IMG/VR virus record: IMGVR_UViG_3300032236_001645
Coordinates: 15,751 to 79,750 of that record
Length of the DNA stretch: 64,000 nucleotides
Reading direction: 5' to 3' (one strand)
Source of the DNA: a virus
Shown here: piece by piece, positions 30,601 through 40,645 of the stretch
Layout of the letters: each line of letters opens with the position of its first letter
Numbering within the stretch: the stretch's first letter is position 1
Made by a program: the position numbers and the translations under genes
The notes under the pieces: model-generated
Told to the model about the DNA's origin: nothing
The model's input: the letters and a program-made list of their open reading frames with translations, nothing else
Database searches by the model: none

Positions 30601-33459
30601 ATTTTCAATAAATCCTAAACTATTTCCACCGACATTAGCTAAAATATCAACACCTTCTAAAATGTATTTTTTATATCTATGATATATTGAACCCCATTTC
30701 AAAATTAGATGATACGGAACATATTGTGAACCTGACATTTCTCTAAACAAAGAAGACATTCTAACTGTTGTAGGATTTACAAATAATGAAGAATTTTCAT
30801 TTAACGTCATGTTGTCTTGTAAATCATAAAATGGTAATGAATTTAATAAAAGATATGCTGAACCAACGTATTTTCCACTAATTTGTTCTTTATTAAAATC
30901 TAAAAATAATTGTTTATGGAAAAAAGGTGTGTTTAAAATATTAACTGATGAATCACCAAATTGTAAATTTTGTGAAAACATATTACTAACATAATCACTC
31001 TTAACCCACCCTTTAATATCATTAGGTGTCCTAATAAATCCTTCAGTTGTGTCAATTTGGAATGTATTAAGAAATGTTAAACTATTTTCAAAACTTGTTT
31101 CATTTATATAATTTAAATAAGTCAACGAATTGAATGGATATATATTTTTTCTCCAATTTTCAACTGTGTAATTTTTTAAATCGGCAGTGATACTTAAATA
31201 TTGATTAGTAAAATCAACTTTTTTTGAATTACCATAATATTGAATTATATCAAAAGGGAATTCATCCACATTTTTAATATAGTTTGTAGTTGGTATTTTA
31301 TCATTATAATATGGATATTTCTCAAAAGGAGAAAATGCACTTAAATATTCAACTAATTTAGTTGTACCTGAAATTGATTTTATTAAATCAAATATATCAT
31401 AATCCTCTTCAAAAGATTTTAATACATTGTAAAATTCAAAGTTAGCCAAATCTTTCATTGAATTTTCTAAATTATCATATAACGAAACTTCAACGGATCT
31501 TTCATATATCTCATAAAAAATTGAAGAAATTGATTTATCTACATATGGTAATGTTGGTGATAAATTTAAAATATTTGATATAGGTTTAATATCATTTTCA
31601 GATATGTCTTTACCAAAAATAAAACTAACGTTACCAACTCCACCTTCTTTTTCTGCCAAAGTATCTATTCTTTTTGTTGATACACCCACATAGTTCTCAA
31701 CAAAATCAACTTCGGGCCATAATATCTTATCGTTACTGTTTAATTTATTTTGTAAATCAGGATCACCAGGATATGCTGCAATTTTTTTCTTATCTGAACC
31801 ACTCAATTTAAGAACTTGAGGCCAAGGATATATCGCATCATTTTTTGGTGTTTCGTCAGTGAAACCTTGTAACAAACCTTTTCTAATTAAACCTTGATCA
31901 AAAGCTTGTTTATGAACGTCCTTTAATAATCTAACATAAGTTTCTGCGTTAGCTAAAACTACCGCAAAGATATTTTTTATTGTAGGTTCAAAACCAATAC
32001 CGAATCCACCAGTTGATGCGTCAGATTTAATAATGGTGTTCATTTTTTCTTCCACAACTTTTTCTAATTTATCTCTTTCTGCCGCAAATGAACTTTCAAT
32101 ATTATAAATGTCAGTTAATAATGCCTTTTTGGAAACAACATAGTTTCCCCCTAATGTTGTGTAATATTTTTTAATTTCCTTAATACTATTAACAAAATTT
32201 AACGTTTGTTTCTTAAATGAAACATCTCTATCTCCTTTTATTACTTCTTCGGTGAATAATTGTAAAGATCTTAATTGTTTTGGGTATTCAGTGATTATTT
32301 GTTCTAAATTACCGGTGGTTTTATTTCCTTCAATGTTATCCAAAGAATCTTTCTTTTGTCCACTTAAATAATTGTATTCCACGCCATTTATTGTAACAAC
32401 CTCATTACTTAAATAATGTGTACACCATGAAGTAACAGCATTTTCAAATGCTATAGTTTTTTCTTCAAATTCTTTAATACCATTAAAAACTTTAAAGTTT
32501 ACAACTTCGTTAAATATTTTTCTTTCTAATAATTTGTCTAATGATTTAGCAATAGCGATAACCTCTCTTAATGTTTTAACAGGAAAATCTTTGGCAATAA
32601 AACCTTTCGCCTTATATTCATCATAGATTGTTTTTAGTACTGAATAACCTTTTGATGATTTTGAAATCTTTTTTTCATATATACCTGTTGACGTATTAAA
32701 ACTTGTGTTTGCTTCAGATTCAATATAAAACATATAAGGTGCGTTTAAAATACCATCTAAAGGGATGTCATTTAAATACGCATATGTAGATCCAACGAAG
32801 GCGGTTGTAATGTCAAAATTACCATTGCTTTCATTATACTTAGAACTAAATTTTGTCATATGAAGACGATATCTAATCGCCTTACCGTAGTAACCTTTTA
32901 CAGTTAAATAAAATATCGGCCAAGGTAAATGAAAAAACGCTGCATATGGTGAATTTTGTTGTCCTTCAAATAACGTCTTACCTCTTACATCTGTAAAATT
33001 AATTGAAATTGTAGGTATGTAATTTGTACCTTTAACAATAATATTAATACTTTCAATACCAAAAGATTGTCCTGAAGCGTCAAATGAATTTTGACTAGTT
33101 AAATTAGGATTTATAGCCTTTAATGATGATTGTGCAAATGGATCTGTTGCGTTTGGTGTATATGTTTCAGTCCAAGATGTTGTATAATCTTTACCGTCAT
33201 GATTTTGTAAAAAATTTAAAGTTCCTTTTGCAATTGAAACTAATTGTCCAGTATTTGATTGATTACCATCTGATGTTAAAATACTTCTTGGAACCAAATC
33301 AGCTTCCAAATTTACGTACATGACGAGGTTCTCTTGTTGTATGTTTCTTTGTTCAACAACAAGTCCGTTTTGAACACTATTAGGGTCGATAAATATTAAA
33401 TTATTTTCATCAACCTTAACAAGTATATTTTCTGTTCCATTTAAATTATTGTTCGCCAT
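27655..33459 (-). CDS. Very large baseplate hub protein (gp27/VgrG-like ends, 1934 aa)
   Basis: N-terminal FGIESINI...ISINFTDVRG and C-terminal YTCEVTMMGNVMIQP...GSYWITEVSHSI resemble the hub fold; follows the LysM/gp53-like gene. Confidence 0.6.
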   Translation of the reverse strand: MANNNLNGTENILVKVDENNLIFIDPNSVQNGLVVEQRNIQQENLVMYVNLEADLVPRSILTSDGNQSNTGQLVSIAKGTLNFLQNHDGKDYTTSWTETYTPNATDPFAQSSLKAINPNLTSQNSFDASGQSFGIESINIIVKGTNYIPTISINFTDVRGKTLFEGQQNSPYAAFFHLPWPIFYLTVKGYYGKAIRYRLHMTKFSSKYNESNGNFDITTAFVGSTYAYLNDIPLDGILNAPYMFYIESEANTSFNTSTGIYEKKISKSSKGYSVLKTIYDEYKAKGFIAKDFPVKTLREVIAIAKSLDKLLERKIFNEVVNFKVFNGIKEFEEKTIAFENAVTSWCTHYLSNEVVTINGVEYNYLSGQKKDSLDNIEGNKTTGNLEQIITEYPKQLRSLQLFTEEVIKGDRDVSFKKQTLNFVNSIKEIKKYYTTLGGNYVVSKKALLTDIYNIESSFAAERDKLEKVVEEKMNTIIKSDASTGGFGIGFEPTIKNIFAVVLANAETYVRLLKDVHKQAFDQGLIRKGLLQGFTDETPKNDAIYPWPQVLKLSGSDKKKIAAYPGDPDLQNKLNSNDKILWPEVDFVENYVGVSTKRIDTLAEKEGGVGNVSFIFGKDISENDIKPISNILNLSPTLPYVDKSISSIFYEIYERSVEVSLYDNLENSMKDLANFEFYNVLKSFEEDYDIFDLIKSISGTTKLVEYLSAFSPFEKYPYYNDKIPTTNYIKNVDEFPFDIIQYYGNSKKVDFTNQYLSITADLKNYTVENWRKNIYPFNSLTYLNYINETSFENSLTFLNTFQIDTTEGFIRTPNDIKGWVKSDYVSNMFSQNLQFGDSSVNILNTPFFHKQLFLDFNKEQISGKYVGSAYLLLNSLPFYDLQDNMTLNENSSLFVNPTTVRMSSLFREMSGSQYVPYHLILKWGSIYHRYKKYILEGVDILANVGGNSLGFIENGLGSVIDNHLFFNDNLTGSTYTGFTMGTNGVTVKYGETTPGSGGDVGIHPFYDAVFHQIINGYSHYDITGGTNSYKSQVDSGVINTRNRINGYDNNIYFTSFVDNSKMVAKDSYYTLLPCDGANFEDYLNITNRFENTQQSNYRVIWQNEVVKDTFTGYTFNTYKEYNRGLTNNITTLNDSGFKKVIDLIATFNPNILDKFESYFLDFATERVNVEFPYSSFPTYTDTNGTVHKVRYSNFQDLLKDIVTIDKTKVTSTEIKNIITDLKNLQSENLKTITSKLLSTDNVIKITLGNPKEINLNVWDGFAQINTTNNFRYDEFTSSNYLANKKYIELYIGEDIESLYQQFFESNNINVTEENVLNFRSLVYLFAGGLKDNKFTTKPAFQQYIYDNVLLPAQNRQSKFLNQLIFKINSSEFQPKGVSNDKVTPTSGYNDPLLKLETYSFFKSFNDKWTSGNSIGQRNLIEEFLFLDKANRDIGDKVFIDLKKLIQFEDPRNDKSNLYSAISMLIAGTNFDMRALPAYVNFYGTNFSGKSKVLPSREVAKSIFGTFLEVDYQDASPKIILQYLGPNSHHLEVSDISEKYKFKNDSGNLFNGQNSPLLVTIPDVFATGDLAKSNKVVSFEVSVGDQDQGIFKSVQLDQTSIRNTTESFSVYEGMGRSESGAGAMNVDIGLFDIYRQASYTCEVTMMGNVMIQPTMYFYLKNVPLFRGSYWITEVSHSIRENRITTSFKGSRIPYRALPDPKDSFFTSYRILFDSIMQSAQAKKKLGSEVTGNGKVITTDAGSVTVDMGPANKNIPNESITLKTGVDQFGIPYNGYNNEENIQLVNNGTWYRAIVAEMGGGTYKIEDSITMSLLNNVTVHNFNPSDTSGLNKLTVTPLPMTWGEISSNTDNYFYSTHFQLDVASANKIISAKTTFKNPLTNVMVDVEPFSESTMTKDNIKGPINYGPVIPGYGMGLSKALMLSLGLKDGDVVYFMLK

Positions 33460-33772
33460 AGTATAATGTATACAAGTCTACACCAGTTTTATAATCTTGT
33501 AAAGAGGTTATTAAAGGAAATGGTATCCTTAAATAGAAATTATCAGGTATTGTAAATTCTATACTACCAGCTAAAGGGTTAGCTTGTAATATTAACCAAC
33601 CAAATAATGGTGTATTATAATATTGTTGTGAAATAACGTCTAATCTATCTTTACCCTTCTTATATTGAATATATTTGTCAGTAGATTTAATAGGTATTTC
33701 AATGCCAGGGACTATTCTAAATTTTCCGTCAGTTAAAAAATATTGATATCTATCTAAGTACTCTCTACTCAT
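33446..33772 (-). CDS. LysM-like / gp53 / tail-X baseplate protein
   Basis: KDRLDVISQQYYNTPLFGWLILQANP...LRIP. Confidence 0.8.
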   Translation of the reverse strand: MSREYLDRYQYFLTDGKFRIVPGIEIPIKSTDKYIQYKKGKDRLDVISQQYYNTPLFGWLILQANPLAGSIEFTIPDNFYLRIPFPLITSLQDYKTGVDLYTLYYGEQ

Positions 33773-36700
33773 GGTTTATAAAAATTTAATTTTGAACCTA
33801 TATTAATATATTTTGTGGCGTTTATTTTGAATATATCATCAGATTTTGCATTATCTTGAGTTATAGTTGTATTGTTATTTGATGCAACATAACTAATTGT
33901 ATTACTATTAGATCTTATAGGTGTTTTTGGTAAATTGACAGATGTTGTCGGTAGATTACTTATAAATGTATCAAATATGTTATAAAAATTTTGTGTAATG
34001 GGGGATAATAAATCATCTCCATAATTTAAATGAACTAATGGATCAACAATATCTTTTTTGTCATTAACTAAAAGATATTTTAAAACAGATGTCAAATGTT
34101 CGGTATCAATTAATCCTCCTGAACCAAAATTATTATAATCAAAATTTGAATCGTAACAATCGGTTATTACTGTATGAGTTGCATTTAAAAAATCTAAACC
34201 ATTTTTATACTCATTTACAAAGTCAGAATTTACAAAAGATGACAATTGGATTTTATTTATAGTTGTACCGGTAATTTTAGCGTCATAACCAGAATATATA
34301 TAATTTAATTTATCTATAGTTGAGATTAATTCGTTTCTTGTTTTTTCAACATCATTAACTGATACTGCAGTTGTCAAATCGGTTATGTGCTTATTTATTA
34401 AATCTGTTACTATTGGTTTTAAAGTTTCTTCATATAAATTATTCAAATCAGAACTACCTAAATCAAAACCAAAAATACTCATTAAATCATTATTGGTTAT
34501 TGCGTCCTCCATTTCAAATATTAATCTTCTACTATAAGTTGGAATGTCATTTAATCCACTATATAACCCTAATAAATTAATTGTTGCATATCCTTGTACG
34601 TCAATTTCATTTATTGTTCTATAAGCATCGGAGAAAAACATACCATTAATTTCAGGACCATATGTTTTGTAAATGTTCTCATATGATGATTTATATGATG
34701 TTGTATAATTTACTACTTTATTGAAAAAATCATCAATAAGAGTTGTATAATCTAAACTATTTCCGCTACCTAAACCTATGTAATTACCCTCTACTTGTCC
34801 TTGAGCACCATTTGCATTAATAGGACTTTTTTGTTTATCAAAATCTTTTTGTAATGATTCAAGGAAACTTTTTGTAAATTTATCTTTATTTTGATCGGCA
34901 ATATTACCATCTGTTGGTATACTTCTTTCATCATACATTTCGGTGTTTGCAAAGAAATTGGATGATAATGCGTTTTGTAATTTTTCAACAGGTTTATCCA
35001 AACCTTGTCCACCAATAAAACTAACTTGTAAAGTCACATTTGCAATCATTGGTTGTACGCCAATTCCTTCAGGATTTAAATCCCATACTCCATCTTCATA
35101 AGTTATATTAACATCTTTAATTATAATTTTTGAGTGATAAAAATCACCAATTCTCAACACACAAATAGGTGGAGGACCGAATGATGTATTTCTCGCATTC
35201 AAATCATTTACATCATTAATTCCTTTAACAGGAATAGTATCACCAGGTCTCACACATTGTAATAAGAATGTCAAACGACTATTCAAACCTTCAGGTGTTG
35301 TTGAGTGGAAACCAGGGTGAAAATATTTTAATTTTTCAGTTAAACTTTTAAATTGTACCGGTGATGTTTCTTCAAGTTTCTTAAAATAAAAACATTCAGA
35401 TAATGTTTTCATAATAATTCTTTTCATAACATCAATGTTAGGTTTTTGATTCGTTATTGAAACACTATCTTTTGATATTTGTATTTTCGGTACTTGAATA
35501 TTTTGAGGATCTTTTTTCTTTTCACCATCAAGGATAGGTGTATAATTAATATTAACTTTTCCTTCTCTACAATAAAATGCTTGTGGAGCGGTTATTTTTA
35601 AACTTGGTGTATTAAATTTTTTACTACAATCAACAGTTACCAAATCTCCCACATTACTTAATTTAGCATTCTCTCCCCAAGTTGTTAAATTAAAAATAAC
35701 ATTACCATCCATTTCATAACCAAAATCTCTAAATGATGCTTGGTAAGTTCCTAATTGAAATGCCGTTGATGATTTTACACCATCTAATACTGATTGATCA
35801 GTTGGTTTGAACCAAGTAGAATTTGGTGTTTTACCATTAGAAATTTTATCAATAATATATTTGAATATAGCATGTAATCTTCTAATTCCTAAAAAGAAAT
35901 TTTTAGATTCATCACCAGCTTCTGAAGTTGTTGTAAAAATAGTTATTGTAACATCACCACCTATTGTTTTACCACTAAGATGATTTACAAGTTCATTCAA
36001 AGAATCATTAAATGCGGTAAATCCCGTTGATAATTCATTAAAACCATTATTAATATTATCTACTAATTGTTGAACACTTTCAGGTACATATGTTAATAAT
36101 CCTCCAAATAATATTTCAATATCAGACGCATCACTTAAACCGTTGTTTGATACTGTATTAGTAAATGTTGACACAAAAGTAGATTGTTGTCCAGAATAAT
36201 TTGATATTATTGAAAGTAAATCTTCAGTAGCTTCCGTATCAGTTCCAGATGGTATATCATTAGGAAAATATATAGTTTCAGTATTATCTATTGGTGGTAA
36301 TGAATTATTTGCGTCTGATTGATTTTTATTTTCAACTGTTACAGGTGTTGAAGTGTACTTATAAGTTGTAATTACATCTTTTACAGTACCCGCATTAAGA
36401 TATTGTTGTATTAATTTAACATCATTAGGATCTAATGTTGTGTATGTTTGAACTAATGAATAAAAATCTAAATCTTGTACTCCCGCAAAAAATGCATTTA
36501 TGTAGTTGTCAGCTTCTTCATCTGACATTCCTTTAAAATGTTCTCTAACTAATAAATTAATTACACTAGGATGATCTACCACCACTTTAAAAGAAACTTG
36601 TCCAGTTCTTTCTGTATATTGATAAGTGTAAATTGGTTCAGGTCTTCCAATAAATTTATTACCATCCCAACTCGCATTGTTTTGTTCTGAAACTTTTAAA

Positions 36701-38538
36701 TCATATGGAGGAAACCACATAACTCTACCTCCATTATTACCTCTTTCGCAAGCCGGTAAATCTGCAACTGTAAAGTTATTGGTGTTGGACGTTTTCCATG
36801 CTAAGTTCTCAATTGAAAACATATATTTTTTAGCATAAAAATCACCTTGTCCTTTATTTTTCTCTTGTATATTTGTTGAAGTATCAAATGATTTTTTACC
36901 ATCAGACATTGGTGCAATATTCAAATTCCAAGTGTTATCTAATACACTTGAATTAAACCTTCTGATATTTGAACGACGATATTTTCTTGCGGATGATTTA
37001 TAAACTTTTCCTTGTTTTGCCTCTTTTGAATTTTCAGCAAGTGGTTGAACATCATTGTAAGTTAAATAAGGACGATCTTTAGTCCACACTCTAGCATATT
37101 CAACACCACTTTCTTGTCCTGTGAATTTGTCTGTATATTTAACCGCAGAACCTCTTGAAATACTAACATCTCCCTCTCTAAAAACTCTACTTGTCTGATC
37201 TATCACATTTGCAACGTGTGAACGTGCAGCACCACCATCATGTGGCATACTTTGTAATAATTCTTGAGTTAATCCTAATATTGAATCTCTTCTATATTTT
37301 GTATTTGTGGATAATGTTTGATTAAATGTAGATGCATTAGATTGCCAACTTTGATTATTTGCACCTAATGTATTTCTTGAATTTTTACTAATCCAAGTTA
37401 ATCCACCTTCATATTTTCCACCATCCGAATAATTCTTATCACTATGAAAATACCTTGTTGCATCAGCGTCAAACATTAAACTTAGATAATAACTACTTCT
37501 AACTTGTCTATCCCAAAAATCTGATATTGAATATTTTACATCGTCATATTTGTCATCACCAATATAAACCGAACCAGGTAATTGAATACCTGAATTTAAT
37601 TGTATTCCATTTTGTAAAAAATTTTGTATCTCATTTCCTAAAGTATAATTTGGTGAATACTTTGAATAACTTAACAAATCAAATAATCTACTTTTTTGTC
37701 CTTGCCCCATATATTGTATTAATATATCTGAAGGTCTTGGGCTTATACTTGGTTTTCCTTGTAAACCAAACATAGATGATACTACGTTAGTTGCGTCATT
37801 TAATAATGTACCAATTTGTAATGGATTTTGAGCATTATAATTTAACGGATTTGCTGGATTACTTAAATAATCACCTGGTATAATACTATAAGGAACTGAA
37901 GTTCCATTTACCGCAGTTAAAAAATCAGTAGGTATACCACTTGCATTATTTGGATCTACAGTAATTGAATTATTAGCTTCAACTAAAGGTTCTCTACCTG
38001 TAATAATATTTAATGCGGCTGCAGTATTACCATTTAAAGCATCTAACAACCTATTTTTACCTAAAGTAGATTTTGCAACGTTTTGTGCAATTCTTGAAAA
38101 AACAGGACCTTTATTGTCTGTCTTTATATAGTTTGATGCAAATTTAATTAATTCAGATTCGTTATTATAATTTGAATTGTTTATAACACTAACCAAATTA
38201 TAATCTCTCCAAGAATCTAATACATTATTTGTAAGTCCATAATCGGACGATTTAAAATAGGGATATAGACTTAAGTTTGACTTTCTTGGTAATGTATCAA
38301 TTGTATCATTGATAAAATATTCTTCGGGTTTATATGTATTTTTAGTACTAGCAACCAATAAATCATTAGTTCTATTACTATCAACATTACCCTGTTTTAT
38401 ATTAGCAAAATTATTTAAATTTTGTTCAGGATATGAAGTACTATTAAAAGTTTGAGGACCATTAGGTTTTTGTAATGTTTTACCTAATATAAAGTCTCTA
38501 AACTTTTTGGTTGAATCAAAATCTAAATTACTCGGCAT
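33769..38538 (-). CDS. Large tube-initiator/baseplate protein (gp48/gp54-like domain) with degenerate OmpA-like insertion (1589 aa)
   Basis: FIGRPEPIYTY..TERTG and PPICVLRIGDF...WDLNPEG..QPMIANVTL; follows the tape measure gene. Confidence 0.6.
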   Translation of the reverse strand: MPSNLDFDSTKKFRDFILGKTLQKPNGPQTFNSTSYPEQNLNNFANIKQGNVDSNRTNDLLVASTKNTYKPEEYFINDTIDTLPRKSNLSLYPYFKSSDYGLTNNVLDSWRDYNLVSVINNSNYNNESELIKFASNYIKTDNKGPVFSRIAQNVAKSTLGKNRLLDALNGNTAAALNIITGREPLVEANNSITVDPNNASGIPTDFLTAVNGTSVPYSIIPGDYLSNPANPLNYNAQNPLQIGTLLNDATNVVSSMFGLQGKPSISPRPSDILIQYMGQGQKSRLFDLLSYSKYSPNYTLGNEIQNFLQNGIQLNSGIQLPGSVYIGDDKYDDVKYSISDFWDRQVRSSYYLSLMFDADATRYFHSDKNYSDGGKYEGGLTWISKNSRNTLGANNQSWQSNASTFNQTLSTNTKYRRDSILGLTQELLQSMPHDGGAARSHVANVIDQTSRVFREGDVSISRGSAVKYTDKFTGQESGVEYARVWTKDRPYLTYNDVQPLAENSKEAKQGKVYKSSARKYRRSNIRRFNSSVLDNTWNLNIAPMSDGKKSFDTSTNIQEKNKGQGDFYAKKYMFSIENLAWKTSNTNNFTVADLPACERGNNGGRVMWFPPYDLKVSEQNNASWDGNKFIGRPEPIYTYQYTERTGQVSFKVVVDHPSVINLLVREHFKGMSDEEADNYINAFFAGVQDLDFYSLVQTYTTLDPNDVKLIQQYLNAGTVKDVITTYKYTSTPVTVENKNQSDANNSLPPIDNTETIYFPNDIPSGTDTEATEDLLSIISNYSGQQSTFVSTFTNTVSNNGLSDASDIEILFGGLLTYVPESVQQLVDNINNGFNELSTGFTAFNDSLNELVNHLSGKTIGGDVTITIFTTTSEAGDESKNFFLGIRRLHAIFKYIIDKISNGKTPNSTWFKPTDQSVLDGVKSSTAFQLGTYQASFRDFGYEMDGNVIFNLTTWGENAKLSNVGDLVTVDCSKKFNTPSLKITAPQAFYCREGKVNINYTPILDGEKKKDPQNIQVPKIQISKDSVSITNQKPNIDVMKRIIMKTLSECFYFKKLEETSPVQFKSLTEKLKYFHPGFHSTTPEGLNSRLTFLLQCVRPGDTIPVKGINDVNDLNARNTSFGPPPICVLRIGDFYHSKIIIKDVNITYEDGVWDLNPEGIGVQPMIANVTLQVSFIGGQGLDKPVEKLQNALSSNFFANTEMYDERSIPTDGNIADQNKDKFTKSFLESLQKDFDKQKSPINANGAQGQVEGNYIGLGSGNSLDYTTLIDDFFNKVVNYTTSYKSSYENIYKTYGPEINGMFFSDAYRTINEIDVQGYATINLLGLYSGLNDIPTYSRRLIFEMEDAITNNDLMSIFGFDLGSSDLNNLYEETLKPIVTDLINKHITDLTTAVSVNDVEKTRNELISTIDKLNYIYSGYDAKITGTTINKIQLSSFVNSDFVNEYKNGLDFLNATHTVITDCYDSNFDYNNFGSGGLIDTEHLTSVLKYLLVNDKKDIVDPLVHLNYGDDLLSPITQNFYNIFDTFISNLPTTSVNLPKTPIRSNSNTISYVASNNNTTITQDNAKSDDIFKINATKYINIGSKLNFYKP

Positions 38539-38562
38539 TTTATTTTATTATAAATAGTTTTT

Positions 38563-40467
38563 TTATTTTTTTGGTGGACTTGTATATTCACCCAAATTTC
38601 TTTCCGCCCATTTATCAAACACATGTGTATTTCTTATTATATCTCTATTTAATGGTTCCATTACGTTATTTGATGTAAGTTGTATAGTATGGTTAACATT
38701 CACTGTTTGAGCCGTTTGATTTGTTGTTTGTGGTTGTTCAACAGGTTTCAAAGCCTCCATCATTTTTTCAAAATTATCATTAATGAATTTATTATTTGTT
38801 AAATCAAAAGGAGTTTTTTCTTTTGTATAATTTAACGCATCATCTTTAAATTTTGTTAAAAATTTGGAAACATCACCATTACTTTCTTTAAAAGTATTAA
38901 GAAAATAATCTTTTGTACTTTGTGCTGTTTGCTTAACTTCTTTACCTAGAGAACCTTCTTGTAATCTATTACCGGCCTGTAGATACATTGCGGTTAAAAT
39001 ATCTTTAATTTGTGTAACTTCATTGTATTGTTGTCTAGCAATGTCTTCAGGTTTTTCATCCGCTAATTCTTGTTCAATTTTTGCCAATTGTTCTAATTGA
39101 CTTCCGTTTAAACTATCTAACGCAACAAATCCTTGTTTTATACCACCTCCTAATTTAGCGGCAACATCTTTTGGTAAATCAATCCCAATTTTACCATCTT
39201 TCATTGTTGCAATATTTGAAACAAATTCTTTTTGTTCAGGACTAATATTTGGAAACATGTCAATTTTAGACATCGCTTCAAGTTTGTTTGCTCCTCTAAC
39301 CGCCATATTTGTCAAGTCACCCACACTTACTCCTAACGCATCCGCCATTGCTCTTGCCTTTCTTAAATTAACACCAGTAATTTCAAATCTACCTTGTTCT
39401 GCATTATATGTTGCCAAACTTCTCGCAGCATCAACTAAACTTGTTTGTAATGCCTCCACATTATTAGTCGCATCGTACATCGCTTTTAATGGATTAGCAA
39501 AATCACCTACAGCACCGCCAATTACTTGTAAATTAGCCGCCATGTCTATCGCTTTATCGGGATCAATTAATCTTTCCGCAACATCAAATGCTGATTGCAT
39601 GTTAATATTTAAAGATTGAGATTCTTGTACCATTTTACCTAAACCATCAATACCATTTTTGAATCCATAAAGATTCATTTTATCTAAATTTTTCATTAAG
39701 GTTTCACTAGCTTGTCTAGCATTTAAACCTAACGCATATGATCTATTTCCTATCCTTTCAATTGCAGCTGCGGCATCTCCCAAACCAATACCGACTCTTC
39801 TAAAATTTTCAGCATTATCTAATAAATCTCTTGATGTTTTTGTATATGCCTGTGACGCTTTAAATGCTGAATCTATGGTGTCTTTACTATATAACGCCAT
39901 TCTACCTGAATCAGTCATTAAAGTTTTAGTAGCGTCTATATAATCATTTACTGATACACCTAAGGCAACGGCTTCTGGTAAAGCTTCTCTTAATTCTTTA
40001 GCCATAGCACTACCTAAATCTCCTATCATACCTGCTTGTCCTTTAACATTCAAATTAAATTGATTGTTTAAAGACGCCATGTCCGCAAGAACTTCTGTGG
40101 CTTTTGTAACTCCAAAACTAACAAAATTCGTTAATAAAGTAATTGGATTAAGACTTAAAGTATCTGCTGCGTCTCCCATGAATTTTAATAAATCCGCCCT
40201 TATTTGATCGTTTTGTCTTGTATCAATAACAGATTTACTTAAACCACTAATTGCATTACTAAAAATTCCTTTTGTACCCGTAGCGGCAGAAGATACCGCA
40301 CCTGAAGCCATACCTGCAACTTTACTTATTGCGTTGTTTATGGTATTCAAAGCATTTGTTGCCTCAGTTGAACCCAAACCAAAACCCTTGGTTTTATCTT
40401 GGAAAAATCCTAATAATTTGTCACCCTGAGCACCTGTAAATCCACCACTACCAAAAATTCCTTGCAT
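38563..40467 (-). CDS. Tape measure protein
   Basis: Ala/Gly/Leu-rich helical protein downstream of tube and chaperone genes (ARAMADALGVSVGDL). Confidence 0.75.
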   Translation of the reverse strand: MQGIFGSGGFTGAQGDKLLGFFQDKTKGFGLGSTEATNALNTINNAISKVAGMASGAVSSAATGTKGIFSNAISGLSKSVIDTRQNDQIRADLLKFMGDAADTLSLNPITLLTNFVSFGVTKATEVLADMASLNNQFNLNVKGQAGMIGDLGSAMAKELREALPEAVALGVSVNDYIDATKTLMTDSGRMALYSKDTIDSAFKASQAYTKTSRDLLDNAENFRRVGIGLGDAAAAIERIGNRSYALGLNARQASETLMKNLDKMNLYGFKNGIDGLGKMVQESQSLNINMQSAFDVAERLIDPDKAIDMAANLQVIGGAVGDFANPLKAMYDATNNVEALQTSLVDAARSLATYNAEQGRFEITGVNLRKARAMADALGVSVGDLTNMAVRGANKLEAMSKIDMFPNISPEQKEFVSNIATMKDGKIGIDLPKDVAAKLGGGIKQGFVALDSLNGSQLEQLAKIEQELADEKPEDIARQQYNEVTQIKDILTAMYLQAGNRLQEGSLGKEVKQTAQSTKDYFLNTFKESNGDVSKFLTKFKDDALNYTKEKTPFDLTNNKFINDNFEKMMEALKPVEQPQTTNQTAQTVNVNHTIQLTSNNVMEPLNRDIIRNTHVFDKWAERNLGEYTSPPKK

Positions 40468-40498
40468 TGTGTTATATTACCTTTATGTAATAAATAGT

Positions 40499-40645
40499 TT
40501 ATTCCATATTTTCTGTGAGAATGTTAATGATGTTTCTCCTTTCGTGAATAGGTAATATCAATACGTCTTTATAAGTAAAACCTTTACTTAAAAGAAATAA
40601 AATTTCAAATATTTGGGTTCTTTTATATTCCGTAGAAAGGACGAA
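40499..40645 (-). CDS. gp51-like small chaperone ORF with no usable ATG start, in the +1 frame of the upstream gene; not in ORF track
   Basis: FVLSTEYKRTQIFEILFLLSKGFTYKDVLILPIHERRNIINILTENME*; fills the gap up to the tape measure gene's upstream motif. Confidence 0.7.
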   Translation of the reverse strand, partial: FVLSTEYKRTQIFEILFLLSKGFTYKDVLILPIHERRNIINILTENME

